64,000 bases of DNA, from contig JBEUKZ010000096.1 in NCBI GenBank assembly GCA_048128005.1, positions 434,001-498,000 of the forward strand, written 5' to 3'. Position 1 is the first letter of the stretch. Every line of letters begins with the position of its first letter. Source of the stretch: Veleropilina oligotropha. Taxonomy: Eukaryota. Below, one piece after another: positions 12,779 through 25,738 of this stretch. A program made the translations under genes and the position numbers. The notes below the pieces were generated by a model that was not told the DNA's origin, made no database searches, and saw only the letters and a program-made list of their open reading frames with translations.

Positions 12779-14829
12779 CTAGGTGCATTGTTGTTTTAAT
12801 TCATATCCACAAAATCCGTATTATGAAAACATCAGCCACAAACCATCATGATTGTATCTCCTATTAGATAATACTCCGTCATCTTGACATAAATATACTC
12901 TTTCAAAAGGGCATTCCAAAATGTTTGTATAATACAGCATCTGTTACATGGCTCATAACGTTGATGTAACTTGCATTTTAATTGGCTGTAGCAAATTTGA
13001 AGATATTATTGTAGCAGTCTGGGCCCCCGTTTCACACAAAAATGTGCAATCGATCGTAGGACTTGCGACAATCGTATGACGATGTTTACGGCTGCCATAA
13101 ACTTAGATGTAAATCTACAACAAACTTACATTTTATCGTACCTATTATTGTTATTCATATAAATATATTGTCTTAATTAACAGCCTTATTTTCAATGGGC
13201 GAATTGACTGGGGTCTTTGGGTGAAGTTGTTTGGAAAATATACCAGTATATGGCAACTCATCTCAGCGATTTTCAATCGATCGAACTATTTTATTGTCAT
13301 TTAATACATTTCTTTGTCATAATAAATATGTCGATGGCCTAGGTTAGTGCATTTTATATTGCCTCTAAATTATAATGCAGCAAGGCGACGCTTCACGTCG
13401 TGATATTAAGGTGAATACATGTCCCAATCACCACCATCACATCATTTGTGAACTCGCGACGTTAGATTCAATTGCTATTTGTTAATTCCGTTGATTCATC
13501 TTATGTGTTGACCCTTTCTATTAAATACTTTCATTCCGTATACCATCGCAATCCACCACGAAACCGCCATTTTCTTCAAATTGGACTTACGACAGCCTTG
13601 AGGCATTCGTAGACTTCTGAACGATTTCGCTCATACAAATACGTCTACGATTTTTTGTGAAATGCAAAGTTACCGCACGATTGACTTTTGTCTACAACTA
13701 CGATTTTTTGGTAAACAGAGGCCTAGCTAGGTCAGGAGTGTCATTAATAAGTGGGATCCGGGTATTTTTACCCGCCTGTAATACAATGTGTACCCTTCTA
13801 ACATTCTCATGTTACATTTTTTTGTTTGTTACTAGCATTATGCATATAATGAATTGTCAAACATTACCTGCCTGTCAAACATAAATACCTTCCAATTTCT
13901 TTTCTTATTGGAAACCTTGCATGATTTTGGTGAAGGATTTAAGTAATTCATTTATGTATACAATATAATTAGTTGTAATTTTAATTTTTAATTGATAACT
14001 GTCTTTGTATATACATATGTATATTTAGACTATTGAAATTAAGCAACAATTAAATGCAATTATTGGTCTGAAAATGTTTCTTTTTCTTCTTAAAAATGAT
14101 CACAGTAGTATAATATTTAGTGTTGGAGGATATTAATATAATATTTATTGGTGGAGGATGGTGCACATTTCACTGGATATTATGAGCACATGATAATGTG
14201 GACATGTAATAGATCATACACTGCCAGTCCGAGCGTTATAGTTCATATAACAGACAGAGTCAGAACGAGGCTGTTATGTTATAATGCCGAGGGTGGCAGC
14301 TGTATGTATTATCTGTTATACACACAGCAGAAATCTCTCGTAAATTGCAAGCTGTAACCCCTAAAAACATTCAGATCATGGTCTATAAATAGCGATATGG
14401 TGGGAAATTGAGAGTCGACTTCCATTGGCAGATTGTCAAATCTATTGTCGCTTAATTTGGTCTGGCCAGCTAGCCGAGCTAACGATTGTCTGGAATCAAT
14501 GGGTCAATTAACACTAAGAGGCCTATTGTTCACATAACCGAGCCCATGGTGTGTATGATAATACACTGCCACTCTGAGCAATATCAGGCATAATGTTTCG
14601 AGCTACAGCGAGAAGGGTGTCGGTGTATTATCTATCATACATGAAAATCTTTATAATTGAAAGCTGTAACGTCTTAAAGGACTTGTGAACACATAATAGA
14701 TTCTGGCTGATAATAATGTTATCGTATATTTATTTATTCTGTTATTAATTGCGCCATGATTTAGATTATCAAAACATGGATACAGAAGATCCTTAGCAAG
14801 TCACCCCGAATCTCCCGAACACTTATTAG

Positions 14830-15030
14830 GTATATATTATAATATATACCTTTGGGAGTCTGATTAGCATGGAAGGTTTTCGAGACCTCCCGGTCTCTTC
14901 TTCAGCCATTGTTGGTACGACGTCGCCCTCGGTCATACCAACAAGGGCTGAAAAAGAGACCGGGAGGTCTCTAATTAAAGCTCCCATGCTAATCAACAGA
15001 CTCCCAAAGGTATCTATTATATTATATATC
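14830..15030. repeat. ~200-bp imperfect palindrome (hairpin MITE-like)
   Basis: The arm ATACCTTTGGGAGTCTG..GAGACCTCCCGGTCTC..GTTGGTA pairs with TACCAAC..GAGACCGGGAGGTCTC..CAGACTCCCAAAGGTAT. Confidence 0.75.
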
Positions 15031-15611
15031 TACGCAATGGAGTCCAGTATCAACATACACAGTGTGACTTATTAGGTACTTAATAGTCTTAGTAATATTG
15101 TTCCTGTTGAGTAACCAATTAGTGGACAATGATGTCATCGAATTGAAAAGATTTTGAGCAGCCTGTCCATCTGTGATGTCAAATTCGATGCCTGATGTCC
15201 TGAAAATATGACAATTCTCGAGACAGATTGATTATTTCGCCAGGTCAGCTTACAACAAATGCAGACACTCGTGAAAGACTAACGCAACAAATAATATGAT
15301 AGGAATATGCTGTATAGTCAAATTTCGCCTATATTATGAGTTTTAGTTCACGTCTTTTAAAACATGGAATTACCCATGATATCGCTCATGCCAATGGGGC
15401 GATATCAAAGTGGACTCTTAAATTTAAGGAGTCTGGCACCTTGTCAAATTCTTTGTTACGGTCAACTGCTGTGCACCACCAGAATTAATCCAAATGTTCG
15501 GAAATTTTCCTAGAATACTGGAGCAACTGGCACTGTGATTCTCGTTGTTCAGATGTCCAGCTCATTATATGTATCCCTGGATATTAAATAGGGAAACTCA
15601 AACTGTCAAGA

Positions 15612-15691
15612 TAATGCTTGATTGTACGACCTAATGCTTGATTGTACGACCTAATGCTTGATTGTACGACCTAATGCTTGATTGTACGACC
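15612..15691. repeat. Perfect minisatellite, 4 x 20 bp (TAATGCTTGATTGTACGACC)
   Basis: Read directly from the sequence. Confidence 0.95.
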
Positions 15692-16664
15692 TATGATTAC
15701 GTCATTTAAATTAACTGATAAGCACGAATTAAATGTGATAGACAAAACATTGCATTTGTCATAAATTATTTACAAGTGGACAAACTGCATCTTTGAAAAA
15801 ATATTACAATTAATATGAAGCAATATGGAACATCGTTTGTTAGTAAAAATGTAAATAGTATCCAAGTGGTCATTCATCTGTGTTGGAAGAAGGATGTGGA
15901 CAAACTGTCAACACAGTCTGATGAGATGTCCAAGTTAACCCCCATTGTTATCTCACCCCGCCACCCCTCATAAAAGTTTTGCGAGGGATGTTAACATGCA
16001 GACTGTCTGTGCAAATTATCTTTTCTGAAACATATCTCATAATCCGCTAAACATAACTTTACGAAACTTGGTGAGTGTATCCAGTGGTGCCTTTTGCAAA
16101 TTTTGACATTGTTTGTCGATTATTAACGAGTTATTGCTCTTGTCTTATTATTAAGTTATATTCGCTGTTTTCTTTTCCAGAGCGTATTTAAAAAATCGCT
16201 CTACTTATCTTTTCGAAAATTGGTGGGTATATTACGTAGTTTGTACGTAGTTGGTTAACTGGTGCCTTTTGCTAATTTTAACATTGTGCAGTTATTTCCC
16301 TTGTTAGCAAAATACTTTTGGACAATCAAAATATTGTACCATATGGTAAGGTTTTGCCATGATCAGATCAAAAATAAAATTATTTGGCTTGATTATGTAT
16401 TAGATAAATTTATTTTATAAAAAATATATTTTATACAGTAGAATGAATAAATATATACAGTACATAATTAAACAGGACTTTAATCTGCAGAAGCACAACA
16501 ATAGGAATTATGGAGGGTCACAAATGGGTGGTGTTAATGCTTTCCATATTTTTCGGTGGGCACCAACTCCAAGTGGAATAACTCTGCCCACTTTTATCTA
16601 CAGCGTTGTGATTTTTACTGAATCACACTACAAGTCTAATTGTTCAAATATCAATGATGAATTG

Positions 16665-16866
16665 ATGTTTAACGACCACGCCACCAGTATTTCAGTTATA
16701 AATCGGGTCATGCAATCAACTGTTGAATGATGAAACGAATTGGTGCTGTGTGCAATGGAGGCAGCGATCTTGGGAAAACTCCCTGGTACTCCCGGGGCTA
16801 GAACCTGTGACCTCCCGTTAGTAGACCAGCACCGTATCCAGTCGACCATGTTCCCCCCCCCCCCCC
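16665..16866 (-). mobile_element. tRNA-derived SINE (family A)
   Basis: Reverse-complement match to 1581-1780. Confidence 0.7.
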
Positions 16867-16956
16867 TGATATGAAGCTCATGGTATGTATTGTATGGAAA
16901 CATGATGGAAGCAAATTCTTTCATGAAACTACGGATAATAAACCATTATTTCTGCG

Positions 16957-17218
16957 GGCCGCTTCGGCAGCGCAGTGGGTAGAGTGTCCACTCTAACTTC
17001 ACTGGCTTGATTCCGCTAATGCGAACAGTAGTGGGTTCAATACCTGGCTGAGGCATTGAAATTTGTTCAAGTTATGAATCACAGTTGTCCGTGACTGTCC
17101 GAAGAGGGCGGGTTTACCCGGGCGACCGGGGTTTCCTCCGGCGATAACACGGACATGTCCTGCCTTGAACCTCGATGTTGTAAATATACAGGACATTAAG
17201 CATCATTCCTCCTCCCTC
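16957..17218 (+). mobile_element. tRNA-derived SINE (family C)
   Basis: A box GCGCAGTGG and B box GGTTCAATACC; a partial 3' copy lies at about 43518-43660. Confidence 0.6.
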
Positions 17219-18008
17219 CATTATTTCTGTGAATACCGAATGCTATCATGCGTGCAATGTCGCATTTGATATAGACGATTATCATGTAACGATAAGCTTT
17301 GAAATATCAAAAACAGCATAAAGACAAAAAACAGAATAAAGTTTAACAATCGATTCAACATTTCCAGTTACGAGTAATATTTCAACTTGCTTCAAGGTCA
17401 GATAAACTGGACGGATTACATGTATATTTAATTATCCTCGTATTCATCTGAGGTCTTACATTATTATGCACATCATCAATCAGCCCTGCTCTAAACTTGA
17501 CGTGAACCCACAAAGAAAACATGGTTATAATACACTTGTGGCTAACAAGGTCATAAAATCCTCAAAATGATAACATTGGTATGTCAACTATAAATACTGA
17601 TGAATATATACAATAAATACCCATTTGACTACATAACAGTTACCTATCTGCGGGCATATATCAAAGAAATTGGTCACAAAGCCAGGGTCCAGTTTCACAA
17701 AAAATCGTACGTTCAATTGTAGATAAATTTAGCACAAGTCAATTTTACGTCAAAACATCCGTTTAAAAAAACGTATGACAAAATGTACGCCGCTTTTATG
17801 TGCAATGGGCAAAATCTATGGTTTGTCATAAGATGTTTTCTAATGCAGACGTTTTGATGTAAATTTAATTGTGGTATTTTTACATCGATGATATATTGTT
17901 CGATTTTATGTGAATCTGGTCTCCGGTGTATTTGAAGGCACTCATTATCGTAAGCTTGCAACTGTTCATGAATGGACGGATCTAGATTATCATGTCCTTA
18001 AGCCTGGA

Positions 18009-18174
18009 TTATGTCCCTTTGTTTCCCTTGAATGGCTTTTCTACGATGGTGGTGACGAGCTGGTTTCTGAAGATGAAGATTTTTAATCGACTGAACAGGA
18101 ACAGGAAGATGATCAGGATGGCGACGTACTGGATCCACCCCCACTTGATTAGGTACCAGAAGCCGGGAGTGTAG
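18009..18174 (-). CDS. TMEM231: TMEM231 coding exon 7 (last)
   Basis: [26 protein letters not shown]; the acceptor CAG is preceded by CCTTAAC. Confidence 0.92.
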
Positions 18175-19125
18175 CTGAAGGGGTTAAGGTGAACAGAGCA
18201 ATACAAAATTACGTGACTAGGTATAACCTCGCTAACACCGCTTCCGGAAAAGCTACAAATCGTTTCACCTTCCATACATAAACAAGTGTTCACAGATACT
18301 TAACTTTCAAATATCGACAATGTTCGATTTATCAATATAATTTTGCATAGCAGTTCATTGCTATACAAATAAATCTTGTAGCAATTTTAAAAAATTGCGT
18401 AGAATTTCAAATTATTTCTGATGTTAACATTTACATTTCAAAAAGGGTTTAGTTTCATGGAAGCTACATGAAATTTGCTCACAATGTGATTTTAAACACA
18501 AAAGTAATGCATAGCAAAACTGCTACGCAATAGTCAATTGTATAACAAAAGGTGATTAATGCATAGCTTTCTGCACCGCTATACCAGGTAAATCGTACCC
18601 TGTATATATAAATAACTTGTCATATTACATCCGTTTGACAAAAAATAACAAGATTAAAATATGAAAATGGCTTGCATTCGTCAAATGGCACTTCAATCAC
18701 TTATATTTCAAGATTACCACGTCAGCAATTGATGACATTGCAATAATCTATTATACGTCATTGATGCTAAAATAAAGTATATGATATCCTTCAAAGCCAA
18801 TTTTAAAAAGTTTGCCAATAAACAATTTTAAATACTAAATCCAAACAAAAACTTATACAAATTTAAAATAGCATAACTTTAATTGAAAACTTTTAATTAA
18901 CAACCAGAACCAATTGTTGAAGCCAGCCAAAAGGACAACTTGCTCATTACATAGACTCGCATTTTCGTTGCTTGCAAACCAAAAATATCGATTGACAGAA
19001 TGACTGTGTCATAACTCAATGTTACGTTGTTTTTCAAATATTTTGTTTACATTGAAAACAACATGTCTATGAACATATTATAATGCAATGCAAAGGTCGA
19101 AATAATACTGTTAATGAAAGGATAC

Positions 19126-19231
19126 AGTAGGACCTCTTCAGGGTAGGCAACTGTCGCTGAGATCTTGAATGGCATTCCGGCGCCTCGACCACTCGTCCAG
19201 ATTTGATACGGATCGCGAAGAACTGTTGTCA
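19126..19231 (-). CDS. TMEM231: TMEM231 coding exon 6
   Basis: TTVLRDPYQIWTSGRGAGMPFKISATVAYPEEVL; AG acceptor and GTATCCTTT donor. Confidence 0.9.
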
Positions 19232-20438
19232 CTGGGAAAGGAAAAGAACCAGTTACATCATCGTTATTTGATTGTTAACATTTCATTAGATATCTATTCA
19301 GAGTCATCGTTGCAGCAAGCTTGCACAATCATCAGGCTGTCTCCTACAGTGCTGAGCCACACCAGTCGAGTACTGGCTAATAGTGTGGCTCCCAATGAAC
19401 TCCCATCACAGCTCTGCTTAAAGACGCTGAATCCGCTTTGTTACGTAATTCACATTCAAAAGTAAACTTTAAATGTGGTATTGTATGTATTTATCAACTA
19501 TTCATTTGATGATTCAAAAGTTATGCAGCAGGCATCGGCGTAATTTTAGAGTTAACGGTTGCATTTGAAGCCATTGTATATACCCAGAAGTTTTGCATCA
19601 TTGTGAATTCGCAGCGAGAGGATTTGCACCAAAGTCGTGGTAGTTTCCCTGCAGCGAAGTTTTTTAATTGTGCAAAATATCATAATAATAGTGATGTATG
19701 TATCGAATAATTGTAACTTTATGCTCTGATAATGTATTATTTTCGTTAAAACATCTATATATCGATATGGTCGCAACTTCCAGAGACCGACGTGAATGAT
19801 CACCGTGAATAATCATCGATAATAACAGGCGCACTCTTGTTATTCAATATCGATGTTTTAAACATTTATTATCATATGTTATATTTTATTTCTGGATATG
19901 ATAACCTCTAAACCAGCATAACTTTATGCAATGAATAGATACAAAAAGAGTTAGATTAATTGGCATTAAATCACACTTTTGGGACTGAAGTGGAATCAGC
20001 ATCTTTAACATGCAGGAGTAGGTTCAAATCCTTGGCCGGCACTTTGATCAATTGTCCGTATTCTGGTCTGCGTGTGTGGACTCCCCCCGAGCTACCTGAC
20101 CAGGTTTTGCTGCGATAATACGTACATTTCCCGACATGATCCTGAACGGTGTTAAAAATTTGATATTAAGCAATAATTCAACCTATGTACAGTGCTGAGT
20201 GATGTCACATCCTTCCTTCCACGTGTTCAACACATCACGTGACACCAGACAACAAAGATGGCACAATATCGATGTTGAAGTGATTGTCCTAGAGTGTCCA
20301 CGAACTTTGGTATTTTCCTTTTCCAATGCCAAAAATATCCCTAAGAACTTCCTTTATATTAATGATTATTTTAATGTATTTTACATACAGTCTTTTTACA
20401 TACATGCACTTCGCCACTCGCACAGATATTATTCTTAC

Positions 20439-20520
20439 CATTTCTTGCAGCATAGCTTGTGAAGATTTTCATTAGATCAAATGCTTCAGCATACACACTG
20501 TCACTACTCAATATAGATAC
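20439..20520 (-). CDS. TMEM231: TMEM231 coding exon 5
   Basis: VSILSSDSVYAEAFDLMKIFTSYAARN; TTTCAG and GTAAG boundaries, phase consistent. Confidence 0.88.
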
Positions 20521-20825
20521 CTGAAAAAAAATATATACAGGTAGGCATTTTACGCAAAATAATTTTACATCATCAGATAGGCCTACCTCAATTTCAATGT
20601 ATTGTTCTTGTAAATACCACTTATAGACTACTCTCACTGATACATTTTAATTCACACCTTTAAACCAGTATCAAAAGTGTGAGAATTTTACACAATGCCC
20701 TTACTACTAGAACTTTAATATCTATTTATCGATTCAAATTTGCTGTTGTAAACTTGTGTTATATTTAGTACCAATGTCGTTATAAACTCACATTATGTTG
20801 ACTATCGATGCCATTATAAACTCAC

Positions 20826-20969
20826 GTTATATCTTGTATCGATGCCTTTATGAGCGAGAGGCTGCAGTTGCTTTATTCGAAGGTCACCGTACACTTGTAG
20901 CTGTGATCCAGGATTGAGAGAGTCGTGATGAATGTATGCCATAGACTCCATGAAAACAGATGAAAATTT
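20826..20969 (-). CDS. TMEM231: TMEM231 coding exon 4
   Basis: KFSSVFMESMAYIHHDSLNPGSQLQVYGDLRIKQLQPLAHKGIDTRYN; TTAG and GTGAG boundaries. Confidence 0.9.
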
Positions 20970-21772
20970 CTAAAATGAAAACTAAATTTAGTGGAAAAAC
21001 TTAGATAAACAGGTCATCTACTTTCTAGAATAATTACTTATAACTGTAGAATGCACACAAAAAATCTTTGCGGACGTGGCGAAACGGAAAAAATCCATGG
21101 TTTCCCAGATTATTTCATGGGGATACAAGGATGTGTAATTTAATTCAATTGTATAAAAATAAAGTTACCTTTATTGGTTGTGATGAAGAAGATAATGATA
21201 TTACAATATGATGTGAACATCTGATTGTAAATTAAGGTTCAACAGACTACCTGCATGGGTCTCTGGCTTACATGCAATATGAGTACAAAGCTGTTGCAAC
21301 AGCGTTGGTGGGTGAGTGGTTAGCGCATCAGCTGCTCAACCGTGAATGTTAGAAGGGCCAATGCTCAAGGCCAGCTGTCGGCGGTTTAGTCTAAGTACTG
21401 TTTAACATAATAGAAAGCATATACCTATATTGGACAGATCGGGGTGAGATCTTAAACTGGTGTCCAGACTGCGATAAGGTTGAAAAAGTCACCAACTGAT
21501 CGAGACATAACTACTTGTACATCCTTCATAAATTATGTAACATATGTATGAAATTCATTTCATTTGCTTTAAATTAGAATTTATTATCTCGTTCTATCAT
21601 CATTGGCATGAAAGTACGGCATACCTCATGAAATCCAAACGTTTATTGATTACTGTGATTGACAATACTGAAGCTCTCTCACACTCCGGCATAGCCAGAT
21701 GAGAGGGCACTCTCACCACTGGCGCAGAGAGAGAGGTCACATGATCATGCGATTAAAGAAGTTATCCCTTAC

Positions 21773-21901
21773 ATTCAGTCTATAATAGAAGAAGAGAAGC
21801 AGCTTGACCCCCGTCACTTTCTCTGTATCGAATAAAGGCATCTCCAGGTCAAAGGTCAGCTTATCCAGTAGTCCATCGCGGTTGGTGTCTTCTTCTCGAG
21901 A
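21773..21901 (-). CDS. TMEM231: TMEM231 coding exon 3
   Basis: SREEDTNRDGLLDKLTFDLEMPLFDTEKVTGVKLLLFFYYRLN; TTAG and GTAAG boundaries. Confidence 0.9.
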
Positions 21902-22819
21902 CTAAAATATCAATAGCATGTCAAACAAGTAGCAGAAAAGTATGCCTTGACTTGCTAATTATGAGCTGTATGCTTCGTATATCTTAAAACACAGCCGTCA
22001 CGTTTTTCTTTGTTTAAACGCTCCATTCTTTTCAGGAATGGAGCGTTATATTGATTTGTTCTCCTTTGTTAAGTGAAAAATATGGTGTGAAATCTGGGGC
22101 GGGTTGTGTAGCGCCAGCACTGGACAGCTGCAGTTACGTAAGCGCTATCCAGTGCTGCCGCTATGCAACCCACTCCAGATATCAATTCCGTGCAGTAAAT
22201 CCAGAATGTTTAAATCCAACTGAAATGACATGATGGTCACATCTCTGTTGACCATTTGATACATTAACGCACATTTTATATATTTCCGAAGTAATAGTAT
22301 TGTCGTAAACACTTGTTGTTGCAAACAGAGGATGAAATACTATGCTGTAAAGTAAATCCAGAATGTTGAAATCCAGCTGAAATGACATCTCTAACGTATT
22401 TAATCACTACGATAAAGCACATTGATTTTTTATATTTATATAAACACTTGTTGTTGCGAACAGATGGTAAAATACCATGCCGTAAAGTAAATCCAGATTC
22501 AATTTGTTAAAATCCAGCAGAAATGACATCTTTGATAAATTTCCATAACGCATAATTTGCATATTCGATCAGACTGTTGCAATAAGTTAATTCACGCATT
22601 AAAAAATCCAGTGTATCGCTTTTAAACTCCTGTTCGAAGTTCTAATAGTGAATCCATAAGCGACAGTTCCACATCCGAACGCAATGCTGTCTGTGCTTCA
22701 ACTGATTATAAACATGCTAAAAATATGTAAATAAAGTACAGAAAGCTTCAATATTAGTGGTCAAATGACCACTGTGATTGTACAACCCATGTGAATCGTT
22801 CATTTCGGGTCAGATTTTA

Positions 22820-23133
22820 CACACAGCTCCTGCCTATCTCTCGGATCTTGTCCAACAATATGTGCCTAAAAGAACCCTCATATCAGCCTTCAACTCTCAG
22901 CTTGTCGTGCCTGCAGCACGCTTGAAATCATACGGATGTCGTTCGTTCTCATTTACATCTGCGTCACTCTGGAATTCGCTCGCCTAACTATAAAGGAATC
23001 CCCATCATTGAACATTTTCCAGTCAGGGCTCAAAACACACTAGTTCCACAAATATCACCATGTGTAACGACTGCGCCACGAGCAATCACCTAGTGTTTGG
23101 AATTTTGTGCGCATTACAAGATGACTTTTATTA
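22820..23133 (+). mobile_element. 3' fragment of an L2-like LINE
   Basis: APAYLSDL..YVPKRTL..YGCRSFS..LWNSL C-terminal motifs followed by a (TTA)n tail. Confidence 0.7.
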
Positions 23134-23137
23134 TTAA

Positions 23138-25735
23138 CCCTTAGGCTGCTATATAGATTTTCATACTGAATGGTCCCTATTGCTAAGTTAAATAGTATAC
23201 ATTAACAAAATGTATGTTAATATATGAATTCTTCATATCTTGAAAAGTAATGACATTCAGTGAATAAAGCTTATATGAAAAATAATTAGTGTTTCGTGTT
23301 TATTACTTGTATGATGAAATATACCTTTCCAACTGAATATTTCAGAGTCCAGGTGTCAGTACAGGTGCAAATCATTGGTGTTTATATGAATAAGTTGGAA
23401 ATAAACACGATACAACATTTTTGTTCACAAGAATCATAAATTTATTTTGTTCATACATATCATGAAAATATTTACAACCTTGAACAAGAAATTCATACGT
23501 TACCTATGGATATAGAGCGACAGGTAAACAACAGGTAGATAAAGATTCGTTGACAAAAATGTACATCCCAAAAAGAATAATACACATGAAAATTATCAGT
23601 TCATCATAATATTGTTACAAATTGATTTCATGTTTGCTGCATCTATCATCTAAATTTACTCTGACATGGAGTCGCTATCACCTGCATCGGTGCCAGGTAA
23701 CAAAATGGCTCTATAATTTTGCTTTGTGTGGTAAACCTGAAAACATATTGGAACACACAAGGCCTTCTGACAGTCTGGGCACCAGAAAGTTGTCTGCTTT
23801 CTTTTAAATCCGGCCCTGTTCTTTTTCGTGGGGTTACACGCAGCACAGTCACGACATGGGCGGTTTCGTTTTGCACCTGGCTTGGATGGAATTGTGTCTG
23901 GAAAATGCCTTTCCGTTAATCGACTTGGCATATCATCAACATGCTTTCTACCTGAGCGTGTTGGTTTTAGGGCATTAGGGGCTTCGGCTATAAGTGCCTT
24001 ACACAGTGATGATCTAAAGGCCTGTTGGCTTAGTTTTTTGTGTTGTGTGACATGGAATTTCTTGTACAGCAGGTAAGAATTCACTACAGACAGGTTAAAC
24101 AGGTGAAAAAATAGTTTTTTGTACCATTTTGCTGTTTTACGAAGACAAGAATAATATTGACAAATCTGATCGGATAAATCTACACCTCCCATGAATTTCA
24201 TATAATCAACTATGCAAGTTGGCTTTGTTACAGGTAAGTTTGTTGTGTGATTTACCTTTGTAAGAATTGATACCTTTGCTTCATGTATTGAAGATAACAT
24301 ATGAACATCACGTTTATCATGATATTTGACAGCCAAGAGATCTTCATTCCTTCTAAAAAAGCATTCTGATGGAACAAGTTTTACCTTTTTTTTAATTGCT
24401 TCGGGAACACCTATTCTGTTTTTGCGAAGTGTGCCACAAGCATAAGTATTATGTAAGCACAATTCTGTGAACAACTCAGGTGAGGTGTAATAATTATCCA
24501 TATAAATATGGTGTCCAACACTCAACAAACCACATCTAGCCATTAGCCCCATAACTACTTTTGTTGTTATTGTGCATGATTCAGGCAAATCAACTGCTTC
24601 TGAATATAAAGTGCATGGTGAGCTGCCTGTATAAACATCAAAGCCCAAACAATAGCCTGATGAGGCTTCACACAACTGATACAGTTTTATTCCAAATTTG
24701 TTTGGTTTCTGAGGGTTGTAAACACGGAATCGTAGCCTGCCTTTCCATGGACATGTTGCCTCATCAACACTCAGTTCCTTTTCTGGGGAGTAAACATCAC
24801 TGAATGCACTCATGATTATATTTATAAAAGGCCTGACCTTGTATAAGGGGTCAAACCCCACCTGTCCGCGATGTATTTGTTGTCCATTATCGCTCAAATG
24901 GAAGTTACTTAATATCAATAAAAAACGATCCCTTGTCATATTTTTTCTGAAAAACGGAGTGTCCAGTGTTTCATCGAATGCCCAGTAATCTTGGATGTCA
25001 TTCTTCTTTGTCAATCCCATCGCTAATATTAAACTCAGAAACACCTTGATTTCATCAAGATCAACGGGCCGCCATTTTTTTTGACGACTGAATTCCGTCA
25101 AATTATCGTTCATCAAACGAGTTTCTGCGTATAAATTGGTCTGTTGTACTAAAAGTTTATAAAAGTCATCGTCTATAAACAACTTCATAAAGTCGATGGG
25201 CTCATCTCCTTCCATTTCCACATTAAGTTTGGCCGTACCTGTGAACGGTGCGTTTAATGGCGGATTATCGGCTCGCGACCAACCCGCGTCAACATCAGAC
25301 TGAATATCTCGATCGTCTATGAACGTATATTCGTTCATGTCCTGGTCGACAATAACACCGCCCGCATTTATACCATCTTCGCGATTAAAGCCATCGAATT
25401 CATTACCTCCGTCCTCATTGTCGGCGTTAAAGTAACTACAAATGCCCTCCTCATCGCTCGAATCAAAATCCGCCATTTTGGACCAAGAAATATCTAAAGG
25501 TCACGAAAACTTAGTTTCGTCCAGTTTTATTTTTGAATGCAAGCTCGGGATACCGCGGAAATTGAATATTAGCCAATGACAATATTCGTACTACAGACCG
25601 GAAGGGAGTTCACAGCAAACCGAAATAGAATTTTCCATCTTAACATTACAGGTATACAAAACGACAATAGTCGCGACTAGCATTGCGGTCCCACAAAGTC
25701 GGGCGCGACTATTGTCGCGCATAGCAGCCTAAGGG
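23138..25735 (-). mobile_element. Intact piggyBac DNA transposon in TMEM231 intron 2
   Basis: Perfect 15-bp TIRs CCCTTAGGCTGCTAT; TTAA at 23134-23137 and 25736-25739. Confidence 0.96.
23656..25476 (-). CDS. piggyBac transposase, 606 aa
   Basis: SVDE, KPNKFGIK, YMDNYYTS and MGGVDLSDQ (DDD triad); acidic N-terminus and C-terminal Cys-rich domain (CRDCAAC..CPDC..LC..CF..YH). Confidence 0.96.
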   Translation of the reverse strand: MADFDSSDEEGICSYFNADNEDGGNEFDGFNREDGINAGGVIVDQDMNEYTFIDDRDIQSDVDAGWSRADNPPLNAPFTGTAKLNVEMEGDEPIDFMKLFIDDDFYKLLVQQTNLYAETRLMNDNLTEFSRQKKWRPVDLDEIKVFLSLILAMGLTKKNDIQDYWAFDETLDTPFFRKNMTRDRFLLILSNFHLSDNGQQIHRGQVGFDPLYKVRPFINIIMSAFSDVYSPEKELSVDEATCPWKGRLRFRVYNPQKPNKFGIKLYQLCEASSGYCLGFDVYTGSSPCTLYSEAVDLPESCTITTKVVMGLMARCGLLSVGHHIYMDNYYTSPELFTELCLHNTYACGTLRKNRIGVPEAIKKKVKLVPSECFFRRNEDLLAVKYHDKRDVHMLSSIHEAKVSILTKVNHTTNLPVTKPTCIVDYMKFMGGVDLSDQICQYYSCLRKTAKWYKKLFFHLFNLSVVNSYLLYKKFHVTQHKKLSQQAFRSSLCKALIAEAPNALKPTRSGRKHVDDMPSRLTERHFPDTIPSKPGAKRNRPCRDCAACNPTKKNRAGFKRKQTTFWCPDCQKALCVPICFQVYHTKQNYRAILLPGTDAGDSDSMSE

Positions 25736-25738
25736 TTA

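Noticed and set aside
15612..15691. Regular 20-bp repeats as a CRISPR array
   Set aside because: Head-to-tail copies with no spacers, no cas genes and a eukaryotic context; a plain minisatellite.
20770..20825. Duplicated donor after TMEM231 exon 4 as a functional alternative splice site
   Set aside because: Its use would add 34 nt and shift the frame; more likely a small tandem duplication.
25477..25510. TMEM231-piggyBac fusion by exon trapping
   Set aside because: The nearest AG is 17 nt before the transposase ATG, out of frame with phase-0 exon 2.
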